A stretch of DNA of 64,000 nucleotides from an uncultured Bacilli bacterium (GCA_934090735.1 CAKOJR010000002.1:138788-202787), one strand, 5' to 3'. Numbered from the stretch's first letter, positions 52,873-62,755 are shown. Numbers and translations: made by a program. The notes: generated by a model not told the origin, from the letters alone.

Positions 52873-52887
52873 AACCTTAACGGTTCT
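52871..52887. terminator. bidirectional hairpin terminator between convergent genes
   Basis: AGAACC-TTAAC-GGTTCT flanked by A8 upstream and TTTTAATTTT downstream. Confidence 0.6.
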
Positions 52888-52888
52888 T

Positions 52889-53635
52889 TTAATTTTGTTT
52901 CCATTTTGCTGTAAGAATTATATTTGATGTTACTGGAGTATTAAAATCATATTCTTTATTATTGTAATACCAACCTAGGAATGTATATCCCTCTTTTTTA
53001 GGTTCTTGTGGTTTTGTTGCTTTTTCACCTTGTTTTAATGTTTGAGTTGGAATGCTTGATGCTTTATCAGTATCAAATACTACATAATATTTTCTTTCTT
53101 TAGTAACTACTTTAGTTATATATTCTTGCTTTTTTGTAGTTGCTGGTTTTTGATTATTTGTATTATTACTATTTGCTTTTTTAGTAGTTGTCTTTTTAGT
53201 GGTTGTTGTAGTTGGTTCATCACATTTTGTTTCTTCACATAGAGTTTTGTATGCATAAATTGTTTCTTCTTCACTTCCACACTTTAGATATATTTCAATT
53301 TCATATTCGCTTCCTGATTTGGTTGCTTCAGCATAACTATTTTCTTCGTCACAATCTTTTCCTTTTGAATCTTGTAATTTACTGATTTTACCGGATACAA
53401 TTAGGTCATTTAATGTTACTACTTTGGTATCATTTTCTTTCTCGGGTAAGTTTTTGTTTTGGAAGTAATTAATACTAACGTCCTTTAACTTGGTGATATT
53501 ACTTGTAAAGCTTTCACTTTTATTTTTGCTTTTGATAGGCATTAGTTTAATTACTAGAATTACTACTAAGATGATAATAGCAAATTTTAATAAAAATCCT
53601 TTCCAATCAAATTTAAATTTGTTTTCTTCGTACAT
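52889..53635 (-). CDS. TM-anchored surface protein: pilin-head-like segment, Thr/Lys-rich stalk, C-terminal Flg_new (Listeria-Bacteroides) repeat
   Basis: VVTLNDLIVSGKISKLQDSKGKDCD...IEIYLKCG. PTTTTTKKTTTKK tract. C-terminal YYVVFDTD...GYTFLGWYYNNKEYDF...ILTAKW. Confidence 0.5.
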   Translation of the reverse strand: MYEENKFKFDWKGFLLKFAIIILVVILVIKLMPIKSKNKSESFTSNITKLKDVSINYFQNKNLPEKENDTKVVTLNDLIVSGKISKLQDSKGKDCDEENSYAEATKSGSEYEIEIYLKCGSEEETIYAYKTLCEETKCDEPTTTTTKKTTTKKANSNNTNNQKPATTKKQEYITKVVTKERKYYVVFDTDKASSIPTQTLKQGEKATKPQEPKKEGYTFLGWYYNNKEYDFNTPVTSNIILTAKWKQN

Positions 53636-53696
53636 ATTATTCCCCTGCTTTCTATAAGACCTTTCATATAAGATTTATGATAGCAGAATTGCATTT

Positions 53697-53721
53697 AAAA
53701 AGCAAGAAATTTATTCTTGCT
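53697..53721 (-). terminator. rho-independent terminator after sipW
   Basis: Minus strand AGCAAGAA-TAAAT-TTCTTGCT followed by TTTT. The stop codon lies in the loop. Confidence 0.6.
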
Positions 53722-54448
53722 CGTTGAATTTTTTTAATTTATTTAGTTCAGCCAAGTAGTCACTTTTTCTTAAATGTTCTAAAGTTACATCTATCTGTTT
53801 ATTTGCTTTTATTTCACCGGCTTTAGCTGAATTTCTGTCTGTTATTAAGTTTGCTGTTTTTTTGTTATAAACAAGTTTAACAATTTTCATTAAGTCATAA
53901 ATGATAACACCAAGTGCTGGTAATAGTACTACAATAAACCATCCCATTTTTGTTGCAATAAAGCCTTGGATTTTACCTACTGCTGGAAGTTTTATTACTA
54001 CTTTGCCAATTATATCATTATATTTAGCTGTTGCACTATCTGCAGATGGGTTAAAGTCACCTTTCGTAACGTATTCGTAGGTACCATCATCATTTTTAAT
54101 AATGTTAATAACTCTATGGGTTACAGTTAAACCTTTACTGATTGAGCTTGTTGAGTTAAATGTAATAACGTCGCCTACTTTAATTGATTCAGGAGATTTA
54201 ACTCTGACATTTACAATTACGTCATCAACTTTAATATTAGGCTCCATCGAACCAGTTGCTATATTGTAAAGTGAAAATAATGGTTTATATTCAGGATTTT
54301 TAACAACTACTCTAGCGGCAATTACATAATAAATTAAGAACATACCAATAATAATTAACAATATTAATACAGCTGAAGAAAGAAGTTTACCAACGTAAGT
54401 TAGGGCATTTTTAATTTTTATATAATTTGACTTTGATAAAGAATCCAT
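53711..54448 (-). CDS. sipW: SipW-type (ER/archaeal-type) signal peptidase I with ~60-aa C-terminal extension
   Basis: ATGSMEPNIKVDDVI (catalytic Ser) and VTHRVINII (His). N- and C-terminal TMs. Immediately downstream of two genes with SipW-type signal peptides. Confidence 0.8.
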   Translation of the reverse strand: MDSLSKSNYIKIKNALTYVGKLLSSAVLILLIIIGMFLIYYVIAARVVVKNPEYKPLFSLYNIATGSMEPNIKVDDVIVNVRVKSPESIKVGDVITFNSTSSISKGLTVTHRVINIIKNDDGTYEYVTKGDFNPSADSATAKYNDIIGKVVIKLPAVGKIQGFIATKMGWFIVVLLPALGVIIYDLMKIVKLVYNKKTANLITDRNSAKAGEIKANKQIDVTLEHLRKSDYLAELNKLKKFNEQE

Positions 54449-54553
54449 AACTCACCTTCTTACTCTATTACTATATTTATTATATAAAATCTTTTATTAA
54501 AGTTCAAGACGTTTATATCTTTTTTTTGTAAAGAACTATTTTTGTGTACAAAA

Positions 54554-54572
54554 TAAAAAAAGCCCGAAGGCT
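54554..54572 (-). terminator. short UUCG-tetraloop hairpin + T7 between tasA-like gene and sipW (attenuator/terminator)
   Basis: Minus strand AGCC-TTCG-GGCT followed by TTTTTTATTTT. Confidence 0.45.
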
Positions 54573-54578
54573 AATTTA

Positions 54579-55259
54579 TTATGCTTGTTGTTCAATTTTT
54601 TCAGTTCCGATTTCAACCTTAGCACCGAATGCTTTATATTTATCGGCATCTTGGATGATATGGTTGTCTGGGAAATAAATATTTAATTCATAACTATGAA
54701 CGATTCCATCACCTGGTAAGAAATATCCAGTTCCAAGTTTGATTGCATCTTGTGCACCACCTTTTACATCAACCCATTGTGGGATTTGAACTAGTTCACC
54801 ATCAGCAGCATTTCCACCAGCTGTTTTTGTACCAACTAATGAATATTTAATTGCTCCGTCAGTAAATCCATTCTTTGTTACAACTAAATTAATTGTATAA
54901 GGCATTTTCATATTATCATCAGGATTAGTAGTATTACTACCAGTTAATGTAAATTTCTTAACGCCTACTGGGTCATATTGTGCTTGATCACAGTAATATC
55001 CAGTACCATCAGAAGGTTTTTTATCGTCACATTCTACTTTTGCAGCAGTTGGTAAGAATCCATCAACAAGTTCAACTTCAGTACCATTAGCAAAATTAAT
55101 TTTTAATGTTCCTGCGTTCATCTTAACTGTTGGAGTTGTTTCACCACCAGATATTTGTGCAGTGAAGTATGCGAATGTTGCTCCGATAACAGCTACTAAT
55201 AGTGTTGCTACGCCGATTACAGTTAAAAGTAATGTATTAGTTTTAGAATTATCTTTCAT
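54579..55259 (-). CDS. TasA/camelysin-like secreted fibre protein, copy 2
   Basis: 226 aa. Signal TLLLTVIGVATLLVAVIGATFAYFTAQ, then NAGTLKINF (cf. TasA ASGTLDL). C-terminal FGAKVEIGTE strand. Confidence 0.65.
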   Translation of the reverse strand: MKDNSKTNTLLLTVIGVATLLVAVIGATFAYFTAQISGGETTPTVKMNAGTLKINFANGTEVELVDGFLPTAAKVECDDKKPSDGTGYYCDQAQYDPVGVKKFTLTGSNTTNPDDNMKMPYTINLVVTKNGFTDGAIKYSLVGTKTAGGNAADGELVQIPQWVDVKGGAQDAIKLGTGYFLPGDGIVHSYELNIYFPDNHIIQDADKYKAFGAKVEIGTEKIEQQA

Positions 55260-55280
55260 ATTGTCCTCCTTCTATTTATA

Positions 55281-55892
55281 TTATTTAACTTCTGCAAGTA
55301 CAATGTGTGCTTTAAATTGAGCACCTTGGTTTTCGTTTTGGTTAGTTTCGCTATCTTTGAAGTAGAATTTTAATGTATAAGTTTGAGTAACTTCAACATC
55401 TGATCCGTTACCAATAATTGTTGCGGTTCCAAAATCAATATTTGCAGATGGGTCAGCAATTTTAGTTTCTGTTTTTGCAGGAAGCAATGTTCCAGCAGCA
55501 TCAGCTCCAGCGTTAGCTTCAACACCTTCTAAAGTATAAGATAAGGCATTAGGTTGGAATCTTTTGATAGGTGTAGTACCATCAGTGTCGTTATCATCGA
55601 TAACTAGTGTAACATTAATTTTAATAGCTACTCCTTTATCAGCCTTGTTTGAAAGAACAAATTTTTTTGTTCCCCAAGCTTCTTCTTTTGGATAAATTCC
55701 AGAAGCGGTTATTTCAGTACCACCATCAAACTTGGTACCTATTGTTGCTGATCTTACTGTATATTCTTTTTCAGTATCAGTACCTGTTAATTGTGCACTG
55801 AAGTACGCAAATGTTGCTCCAACAACGGCAATTAATAGCGTAGCAATACCGATAATTGTTAGCATTACAGTATTATTTTTCCCTTCGCTCAT
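55281..55892 (-). CDS. TasA/camelysin-like secreted fibre protein, copy 1
   Basis: 203 aa. Signal VMLTIIGIATLLIAVVGATFAYFSAQ. C-terminal NENQGAQFKAHIVLAE resembles TasA ..YQGNSIKLQFSFEATQ. Confidence 0.65.
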   Translation of the reverse strand: MSEGKNNTVMLTIIGIATLLIAVVGATFAYFSAQLTGTDTEKEYTVRSATIGTKFDGGTEITASGIYPKEEAWGTKKFVLSNKADKGVAIKINVTLVIDDNDTDGTTPIKRFQPNALSYTLEGVEANAGADAAGTLLPAKTETKIADPSANIDFGTATIIGNGSDVEVTQTYTLKFYFKDSETNQNENQGAQFKAHIVLAEVK

Positions 55893-56035
55893 TTTTGTAT
55901 CCTCCTTTACTATATACAGAATATCATTTTTAAAAAATTAAATCAATAAGTTTTGATAGAATTTTTATTTTTTTGTCAAAATTTTTTATTTTAAGTTTTT
56001 ATTTTGAAAGAAAAAAATGAACAATTTTTGTTTGC

Positions 56036-57424
56036 TCATTTCTTAAATTCTTTTGATTTTGCAATGTAAAAATAGAATTTTGTACCTTTATTTTTCACAC
56101 TTTCAACGCCATATTTAAAGTCATGCTTAACTAAAATATTTTGAACTATCGATAGGCCTAATCCTGTTCCGACGACATTTCGTTTATGATTCTTTTCGTT
56201 TTTATAATATTTTGTCCAAATTTGTTCTAAATCTTTTTTATCTATGCCCTTACCCGTATCAATAACTTCAACTAAATAATTATTTTTATTTTCAGTAATA
56301 TTAATATTTACAGTTAGGTCTTCACCAGTATAATTTATTGCATTATTTATTAGATTGTATAGTACCTGGTTTATTTTATTTTTATCAGCATGAACTACTG
56401 CTATATCTGGTGCATTTAATATTAATTTGTAGTTTTCCGTTTCTTTAATTATTTGATATCTATTTAAAATTGATTTTACTTCTTCGACTAAATCATAATC
56501 TTCCATGATAAGTTCGTCTTTATTGTTTTCTAGTTTAGATAGATTAAGGATATCATTTACTAAAATATTTAGTCTGTCTGCTTCTTGGATTATGATACTT
56601 AGATTTTCATTTCTTTTAGCTTTGTTATTGTAGTTAATGTCTCTTGCCATTTCAGCATAGGCTTTAATCATGGTTAGTGGTGTTTTTAAGTCATGTGATA
56701 CGTTAGCCATTAAATCTTTTCTAAGTTCGTCTGTATTTTTTATCTCACTTTTAGCATAATTTAATGTTGTTGTTAATTCATCTAATTCTTTTATATTATA
56801 CACTTCTTCATCTGGTTCATAATTGCCTTTGGCCATTTCTTTTGCTTTATTTGTGATTTTTAAAATTGGCTTGTTTAACATGTTAGATACAAGAATTGAC
56901 ATTACTCCAGCAAGAATTATTACGATAAATGTTATGTATATTAACTGACCGCTTAAGACATTAGTGGTACTATTAACATCTTCTAATTTAGTGTTTAGAA
57001 TTATATATAAATTATCATTTAGTTTAACACCATACATTATGCTTTTTGAATCATATCTTGGATCAATTATTTTTATTAAACTTTTTTTAGAGGTTCCTGT
57101 TATAATTTTATTTTTGGCGTTTATAATTTTAGCATTATTTGAATTTAAAATACAATCTTTGTTTTGCGTGTTATATCCATATATTTTGTCGCCATAATAT
57201 ACTTCGGCACACATATCATTATCATAAATTTCTTTTTCTAAATTTTCTAGGTTGCTTTCAGAAATTTCAGATGCAACTTTGACTATTTTGTTGTACTGAT
57301 ATCTTTCAAAAAAGATTTTTAAAAAGACAATTTGGAATAACCAAAGTAAAAGGAGGATGATTGCTGAATAGGATAAAAGATAAATAAATGTTTTTTTTCT
57401 TATACTATTACTCTCTGTATTCAA
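56036..57424 (-). CDS. sensor histidine kinase
   Basis: Two TMs flanking a ~130-aa extracytoplasmic loop. H-box SHDLKTPLT, N-box LINNAINYT, G-boxes DTGKGI / GTGLGLSIV. Confidence 0.85.
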   Translation of the reverse strand: MNTESNSIRKKTFIYLLSYSAIILLLLWLFQIVFLKIFFERYQYNKIVKVASEISESNLENLEKEIYDNDMCAEVYYGDKIYGYNTQNKDCILNSNNAKIINAKNKIITGTSKKSLIKIIDPRYDSKSIMYGVKLNDNLYIILNTKLEDVNSTTNVLSGQLIYITFIVIILAGVMSILVSNMLNKPILKITNKAKEMAKGNYEPDEEVYNIKELDELTTTLNYAKSEIKNTDELRKDLMANVSHDLKTPLTMIKAYAEMARDINYNNKAKRNENLSIIIQEADRLNILVNDILNLSKLENNKDELIMEDYDLVEEVKSILNRYQIIKETENYKLILNAPDIAVVHADKNKINQVLYNLINNAINYTGEDLTVNINITENKNNYLVEVIDTGKGIDKKDLEQIWTKYYKNEKNHKRNVVGTGLGLSIVQNILVKHDFKYGVESVKNKGTKFYFYIAKSKEFKK

Positions 57425-58076
57425 ATTTATACCCTACCTTTCTGATTGTTTTTATGTTATCACGATAGTTTTTAAGTTTACTTCTAAGTAATTTGATATG
57501 GGCATCAATTGTGCGGTCATCTGCTTCATAATCATATCCCCAAATTTTATTTATGATGACTTCTCTAGATAGAGCTATGTTTAAGTTTGTAAGAAATAAT
57601 TTTAAAAGTTCGAACTGAGTATGAGTTAATTCAATAATTTCATCATTTATAGATACTTCTCGTGTTAGGTTATTTAGTTTTATTGTGCCAACTGTAATAA
57701 TATCGTCTTCCTTTTTTCTTTTGGTAACTGCCTTGATTCTTGCGATTAGTTCTTTAGGGCTAAATGGTTTAATTACATAATCATCGATACCTAGGTCAAA
57801 GCCATTTAATTTATCTTCTTCCATAGTACGAGCAGATAAAATAATTACTGGGATATCCTTTACTTTTTTAATTTCTCTTATTGCACTAAATCCATCTCTT
57901 TTGGGCATCATTATATCCATTACGATTACATCATAATCGTTTGCTAGTGCTTTATCAATGGCAATGTCACCGTCTTCTGCTTCGTCAACCTGATAATTTT
58001 CTAATTTAGCATACTCTTTAATGACGTTCCTTATTAGTTCTTCGTCATCAACAATTAACAATCTCACTTCTATCAC
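57408..58076 (-). CDS. OmpR-family response regulator
   Basis: Receiver domain (LIVDDEE, VIVMDIMMP, KPF) + winged-helix output (RKVGYKF). Confidence 0.85.
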   Translation of the reverse strand: MIEVRLLIVDDEELIRNVIKEYAKLENYQVDEAEDGDIAIDKALANDYDVIVMDIMMPKRDGFSAIREIKKVKDIPVIILSARTMEEDKLNGFDLGIDDYVIKPFSPKELIARIKAVTKRKKEDDIITVGTIKLNNLTREVSINDEIIELTHTQFELLKLFLTNLNIALSREVIINKIWGYDYEADDRTIDAHIKLLRSKLKNYRDNIKTIRKVGYKFEYRE

Positions 58077-58114
58077 CTTGAGTTATATTATATCAAATTT
58101 ATGAAGATTATATG

Positions 58115-58136
58115 AAAAAAACTGGAATTAATCCAG
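58115..58136 (-). terminator. rho-independent terminator after the YebC-family gene
   Basis: Minus strand CTGGA-TTAAT-TCCAG followed by T7. Overlaps the stop codon. Confidence 0.5.
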
Positions 58137-58847
58137 ATTAACGTTTGTATATATAGCACTTACGTCGTCGATTGCATCTAGTAAGTTATATAGTTTATCA
58201 TATGTTTCTTTATCTTCGCCTGTTAGAGTTACTTCTTCTTTTGCAAACATACCAACTTCATCATAAGTGTATTCGATTCCTGGAATGATTTTTTCTAACT
58301 CTTCTTTTACCTTATTAATATCTTTAGGGTTTGCTGTGATAGTTATTTCACCATCGTTTGATTCTAAGTCAATGATTTCAATTCCAGCGTTAAGAAGTTC
58401 TTCAAATATCTTTTCTTCATCATTACTTTTAAATGAGATAATTGCTAGATAATCATAATTGTATGATACTGAGTTAGTAACGCCTAAACTCTTATGAACT
58501 TTATTAAAAGCTGCTCTTATTTCTCCTACTGTACGATTAACATTATCGGTTAGAGTCTTTATAATAAAAGTGCTTGCACCTGGACCAAAGCCTTCATAAA
58601 TGACTTCTGTATAATCTTCGCCACCTGATCCTTTTGCTTTATCTATTGCCCTTTTAATTATGTCCATTGGTACTTGTTCTTTTTTAGCTTTTTCTACTAA
58701 ATGTTTAAGGTTTACATTTGATTCTAATTCTGGCACTCCTTTTTTAGCAGCTAAATATATTTCTTTAGCATAATTACTATATAGTTTTGCTTTTACTGCT
58801 CCATTTTTTTGAATGCTTGCTTTTCTTACTTCGTATGCTCTTCCCAT
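58128..58847 (-). CDS. YebC/PmpR (TACO1) family DNA-binding regulator/translation factor
   Basis: Start MGRAYEVRKASIQKNGAVKAKLYS (GGAAGGTGA SD). Family-typical N-terminus and length. Confidence 0.8.
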   Translation of the reverse strand: MGRAYEVRKASIQKNGAVKAKLYSNYAKEIYLAAKKGVPELESNVNLKHLVEKAKKEQVPMDIIKRAIDKAKGSGGEDYTEVIYEGFGPGASTFIIKTLTDNVNRTVGEIRAAFNKVHKSLGVTNSVSYNYDYLAIISFKSNDEEKIFEELLNAGIEIIDLESNDGEITITANPKDINKVKEELEKIIPGIEYTYDEVGMFAKEEVTLTGEDKETYDKLYNLLDAIDDVSAIYTNVNLD

Positions 58848-58884
58848 ACTTCTCACCTTCCGTTCTTATGTATTATAATAAAAT

Positions 58885-59931
58885 TTATATTATTTTACAA
58901 TCTTTTATAAATGTTTTTAGACTTTTATCTTTAATTTCTGTGCGTTTTAGTTTAAATATTAAATAAGTTGGATTATATATTTTAAATCGCTCTAAATTTT
59001 CTTTTTTTAGGATATCTTCTAAAATTTTTATAACTAAATCTTTTGTACCTAGAGTACGATATTTGAATTTTAATTTTATGATTAGATCTTCGTTTATATT
59101 TCTAGTTATTTTCTCATAATATTTTTCTCTTTTATTTTTGAAATAGTATTTGTATCCGTCTAAGTTTTCTAATACTTTTAGAGTGTCATAATAACCTAAT
59201 TTCATATTATGAATATTACTTTCTTTATCAAAGATGATTATGGATCCTAGATTTTCACTTGGCTTTATTTCGATGACTTTAGTTTCTTTTTTTAGTTTAT
59301 TATGACTTATACCAATTCCTTTTATTCTTATTGAGTAAATAGTGTCACATCCATAATTTTCTACTAGTGATAAGGGAACGTTGTTATAAAAACCACCATC
59401 TAAATAATAGTTGTTATCGATTATTGGTTTGTAGTTAAATAATGGTAGGTAACAAGATGCTAGAATGTACTCTGGTAGTTTTCCTTTAGGAATGTCATCT
59501 ATTGTTAGCTCTAATGGTTTTAAGCCATCAAACTTTACCGTAATTAAACCTAATTTAATTTTACTTTTACGAATTTTATCTTCATCTATAGATTTTCTTA
59601 AAAGATTTAAAAATTTTGTAACATCTATTCCTTTATTTTTAAGAATTTTTTTTAAGTCTGTCATGCCTGTTTCAATATCTGTGATTTTAAGATTTTTATT
59701 TTTGATTTTTTCGGCGAGTTCATTACTTATGCCAAAAATATCTGTGGTTGTAGTAAGCCAGAGATTAACTAATTTTTTTATGTCGCCTTGCACCATTAAT
59801 GCAGCGTTTACTGAACCAATACTTGTGCCAGCAATAATTGATGGTTTGATGTGTTTTTTCTTTAGTGCTATGTAAGCTCCCGCTTGATATGCACCTTTTG
59901 CTCCTCCACCTTCTAAAGCGATACCTAACAT
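58885..59931 (-). CDS. patatin-like phospholipase
   Basis: GGGAKGAYQAG oxyanion loop, GTSIGS (GxSxG), LDGG (catalytic Asp). Confidence 0.75.
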   Translation of the reverse strand: MLGIALEGGGAKGAYQAGAYIALKKKHIKPSIIAGTSIGSVNAALMVQGDIKKLVNLWLTTTTDIFGISNELAEKIKNKNLKITDIETGMTDLKKILKNKGIDVTKFLNLLRKSIDEDKIRKSKIKLGLITVKFDGLKPLELTIDDIPKGKLPEYILASCYLPLFNYKPIIDNNYYLDGGFYNNVPLSLVENYGCDTIYSIRIKGIGISHNKLKKETKVIEIKPSENLGSIIIFDKESNIHNMKLGYYDTLKVLENLDGYKYYFKNKREKYYEKITRNINEDLIIKLKFKYRTLGTKDLVIKILEDILKKENLERFKIYNPTYLIFKLKRTEIKDKSLKTFIKDCKII

Positions 59932-60653
59932 ATTAAACCTCCTATAATAATTATTAGTATACCAGTAATTATTCCAAAGATAGTTTCTTTATTCCAGTTT
60001 TCTTTGATTTCAGTTATAAGTTCTGCTAATAATAGATATAGAATCATACCTATTGTTATACTTAATAATATACCTAATACAAAATCAGTTAAAATTTCTT
60101 TAAATATCATTGTAAGTAAGCCACCAATAAATGTGCTTAAAGTTAATATAATGATGTAAATATTTTTATGTTTGTTATGTGCTTTATTTAGCATTGTGGT
60201 TATTTCAAGACCAAAAGGAATGTTGTGCATGCCAACTGCTATAGCGTAAATTATTCCTGACTTTATTGAACTATTAGCCACACCATATATGCCAATGCCT
60301 TCAACAATATTGTGAATTATCAATGCTAATGATGTCATTATACCAATATGCTCTAAATGATTTTCATGGTGGTGCTTTTTACTTTCTTCAAAATGATCAT
60401 GATGGGGTACTAATTTTTCTAATGATAGTAATAATCCTATACCAATAAGAATTCCTGCTAAAATGTATATTTTATTTTCTAATAATTCGAATGTTTCAGG
60501 AACGATATCAGTAATAAGTAAAAGTATTAATGATGAAAAAGCCATTCCAATTGAAAAGCTTATTACTTTTTTGTTTCCTTTATTTATTTTGTTAATTACA
60601 ACACCTATTAAGAAAAAAAGTCCAGCTATAAGTGTCAAAATCAGTTCTTTCAT
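59925..60653 (-). CDS. ZIP-family metal (zinc) transporter
   Basis: 8-TM profile, His-rich loop HHDHFEESKKHHHENHLEH, HNIVEG / HNIPFG motifs. Confidence 0.75.
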   Translation of the reverse strand: MKELILTLIAGLFFLIGVVINKINKGNKKVISFSIGMAFSSLILLLITDIVPETFELLENKIYILAGILIGIGLLLSLEKLVPHHDHFEESKKHHHENHLEHIGIMTSLALIIHNIVEGIGIYGVANSSIKSGIIYAIAVGMHNIPFGLEITTMLNKAHNKHKNIYIIILTLSTFIGGLLTMIFKEILTDFVLGILLSITIGMILYLLLAELITEIKENWNKETIFGIITGILIIIIGGLIC

Positions 60654-60666
60654 GGGTTCTCCTTTT

Positions 60667-60687
60667 AAAAAAAGACTTAATAGTCTT
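60667..60687 (-). terminator. rho-independent terminator after the 195-aa TasA-like gene
   Basis: Minus strand AAGACT-ATTA-AGTCTT followed by T7. Confidence 0.55.
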
Positions 60688-61274
60688 TATTCTGTAGCTT
60701 CATTAATCATTTCAGCATCTAAAGTTACTTTGGCTGATAATGTACCATCTAATAAGTCAATTTGATTAGAATTTGTTTCTAATACATATATCCTTATTTC
60801 ATAGTTGTTTGTTTTATTTTTATTTATTATAAAGTTGTCTTTTAATAGTAAAGGCGCTGTTGCATCTTTAAATGAACCATTGGCGATTTTTATTTTGGTG
60901 TCGGTGTCCCATAGCTCCCATTTTAAATCTTCAGATGCTTTTAAATTGTCAGATATTTCGATATTTGTTAGAGATAAACTATAGTTTATTTTATAATCAT
61001 TATCTCCTGTTTTAACTGAAAAGATGCCTTTTGCAGCTTTACTTGAAGACTCATCTTCACTAATGGGTAGAAGGTCAGAGGCATTTATGTAGCCATCATC
61101 TGTTGTAATTAGGTCTATTTCAAATTTATTTGTTGCATTTCCGTCTATTACAGTGTTGTCTCCACTTACAGTTGCTAGAAAGTATGCGTATGAAATGCTT
61201 AAGACGATTGGTACGATGACTGCTATCATTATTAATAATTTATAATTTAGTTTGCTTTCCTTTTTATCTTTCAT
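60687..61274 (-). CDS. TasA/camelysin-like secreted protein, solitary copy
   Basis: 195 aa. Signal LLIMIAVIVPIVLSISYAYFLATVSG. Beta-rich body. C-terminal GTLSAKVTLDAE strand. Confidence 0.5.
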   Translation of the reverse strand: MKDKKESKLNYKLLIMIAVIVPIVLSISYAYFLATVSGDNTVIDGNATNKFEIDLITTDDGYINASDLLPISEDESSSKAAKGIFSVKTGDNDYKINYSLSLTNIEISDNLKASEDLKWELWDTDTKIKIANGSFKDATAPLLLKDNFIINKNKTNNYEIRIYVLETNSNQIDLLDGTLSAKVTLDAEMINEATE

Positions 61275-61334
61275 ATTTAAACCCTATCTTTTCTAATATA
61301 ATATTACTATATGAGAGTTCTTTTTGCAAGTTAT

Positions 61335-62342
61335 TTAGTTTAAGTTCATTGTGCTTTGAGCATTTAAAGTATAGTCTGTAAAATCATTTTTTAAATATAG
61401 AGGATATGCTGCACAGCCGATCATTGCTGCATTGTCAGTGCAGTATTTAATTGGTGGCACAGTTAGGTTAACGTTGTATTTATTTGCTAGTTTTTCCATT
61501 TCACTGCGTAAGTATTTGTTTGCTGTTACACCACCAGCTACTATTAATCTTTTTATGTTGTATTTATTTATAGCAAGTTCAGTTTTTCTTAATAGTTCAT
61601 CAATTGCGACTTTTTGAAATGATGCAGCAAGGTCATATTTTCTAATTTCGTTTCCTCTTTGTTTTTCATTATGAACTAGATTTATAACTGCACTTTTTAA
61701 ACCACTATATGAAAAGTTTAATTCATCATTATTCATTGGAATTGGTAAATTGTATGTTGCTTCACCTTGTTCAGCGTATTTTTCGATGTTGGGACCACCA
61801 GGATATGGTAAATCTAGCACTCTGGCAACTTTGTCGTATACTTCTCCGATAGCATCGTCTAAAGTTTCACCTAATACTTTAAATTGATAGTCACCTTCCA
61901 TAAGAACTAGTTCAGTATGACCACCGCTAATTACAAGTGCTAAAAGTGGGAATTCCATTTTTTGAACTAGATTGTTTGCGTAAATATGTCCTGCTAAGTG
62001 ATTAACTTTTATTAAAGGTTTATTATATACTAATGCTAAAGTTTTAGCTGCTTCTATACCTACAAGTAAACTACCTAGAAGCCCTGGAGCGTATGTTACG
62101 GCAATTGCGTCCATGTCTTCAACTTTCATGTTTGCTTTATTTAAAACATCTTCCAAGACCATAGTAATGTTTTCGCTGTGCATACGGCTTGCGATTTCAG
62201 GTACTACACCACCAAAGGCAGCATGAGTATCCATTTGAGTTAGAATAGTAGTTGCTATGTTGGCTGTGCCATTTTTAATAATTGCCATGCTGGTTTCGTC
62301 GCATGAAGATTCGATTGCTAAAATGTATATATCTTTTTTCAT
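61335..62342 (-). CDS. tsaD: tRNA N6-adenosine threonylcarbamoyltransferase
   Basis: ILAIESSCDETSMAI, GGHTEL. 335 aa. Operon with tsaE/tsaB/rimI. Confidence 0.9.
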   Translation of the reverse strand: MKKDIYILAIESSCDETSMAIIKNGTANIATTILTQMDTHAAFGGVVPEIASRMHSENITMVLEDVLNKANMKVEDMDAIAVTYAPGLLGSLLVGIEAAKTLALVYNKPLIKVNHLAGHIYANNLVQKMEFPLLALVISGGHTELVLMEGDYQFKVLGETLDDAIGEVYDKVARVLDLPYPGGPNIEKYAEQGEATYNLPIPMNNDELNFSYSGLKSAVINLVHNEKQRGNEIRKYDLAASFQKVAIDELLRKTELAINKYNIKRLIVAGGVTANKYLRSEMEKLANKYNVNLTVPPIKYCTDNAAMIGCAAYPLYLKNDFTDYTLNAQSTMNLN

Positions 62343-62755
62343 AATTCTCTCTCCATTATTATTGCGTCGTCCGTTTTATAATATTTATTACGGCGACTAA
62401 TTTCTTTAAATTTGTGTTTTTGATAAAATTTTATTGCTTCAATATTATTTTCATTAACTTCTAAAATAATTCTTTGAGTTGTTTTAATATTTTTTGATAT
62501 AAGAATATTTATTAGAGCGGAAGCATATCCTTTATTTCTATATGATTCATCTACTATAATGTTTTGAATTTCTATACATTCAAAAATCTTGGAATAATGG
62601 ATAAAACCGATTATCTTATTATTTTCTTTGATTGTTAGTATGTTTTCGGTTTCTGGAAGATTTTCTATGTGAAATAGTTTTTTAAAGTTAGGGTTTAGTT
62701 CAGTTCCTAATTCATTAATTTGATTAATATCTTCTTTACAAAAATTATTTACCAT
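62339..62755 (-). CDS. rimI: ribosomal-protein-alanine N-acetyltransferase (GNAT)
   Basis: GNAT motif A (VDESYRNKGYASALI). Position between tsaB and tsaD. Confidence 0.75.
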   Translation of the reverse strand: MVNNFCKEDINQINELGTELNPNFKKLFHIENLPETENILTIKENNKIIGFIHYSKIFECIEIQNIIVDESYRNKGYASALINILISKNIKTTQRIILEVNENNIEAIKFYQKHKFKEISRRNKYYKTDDAIIMEREL

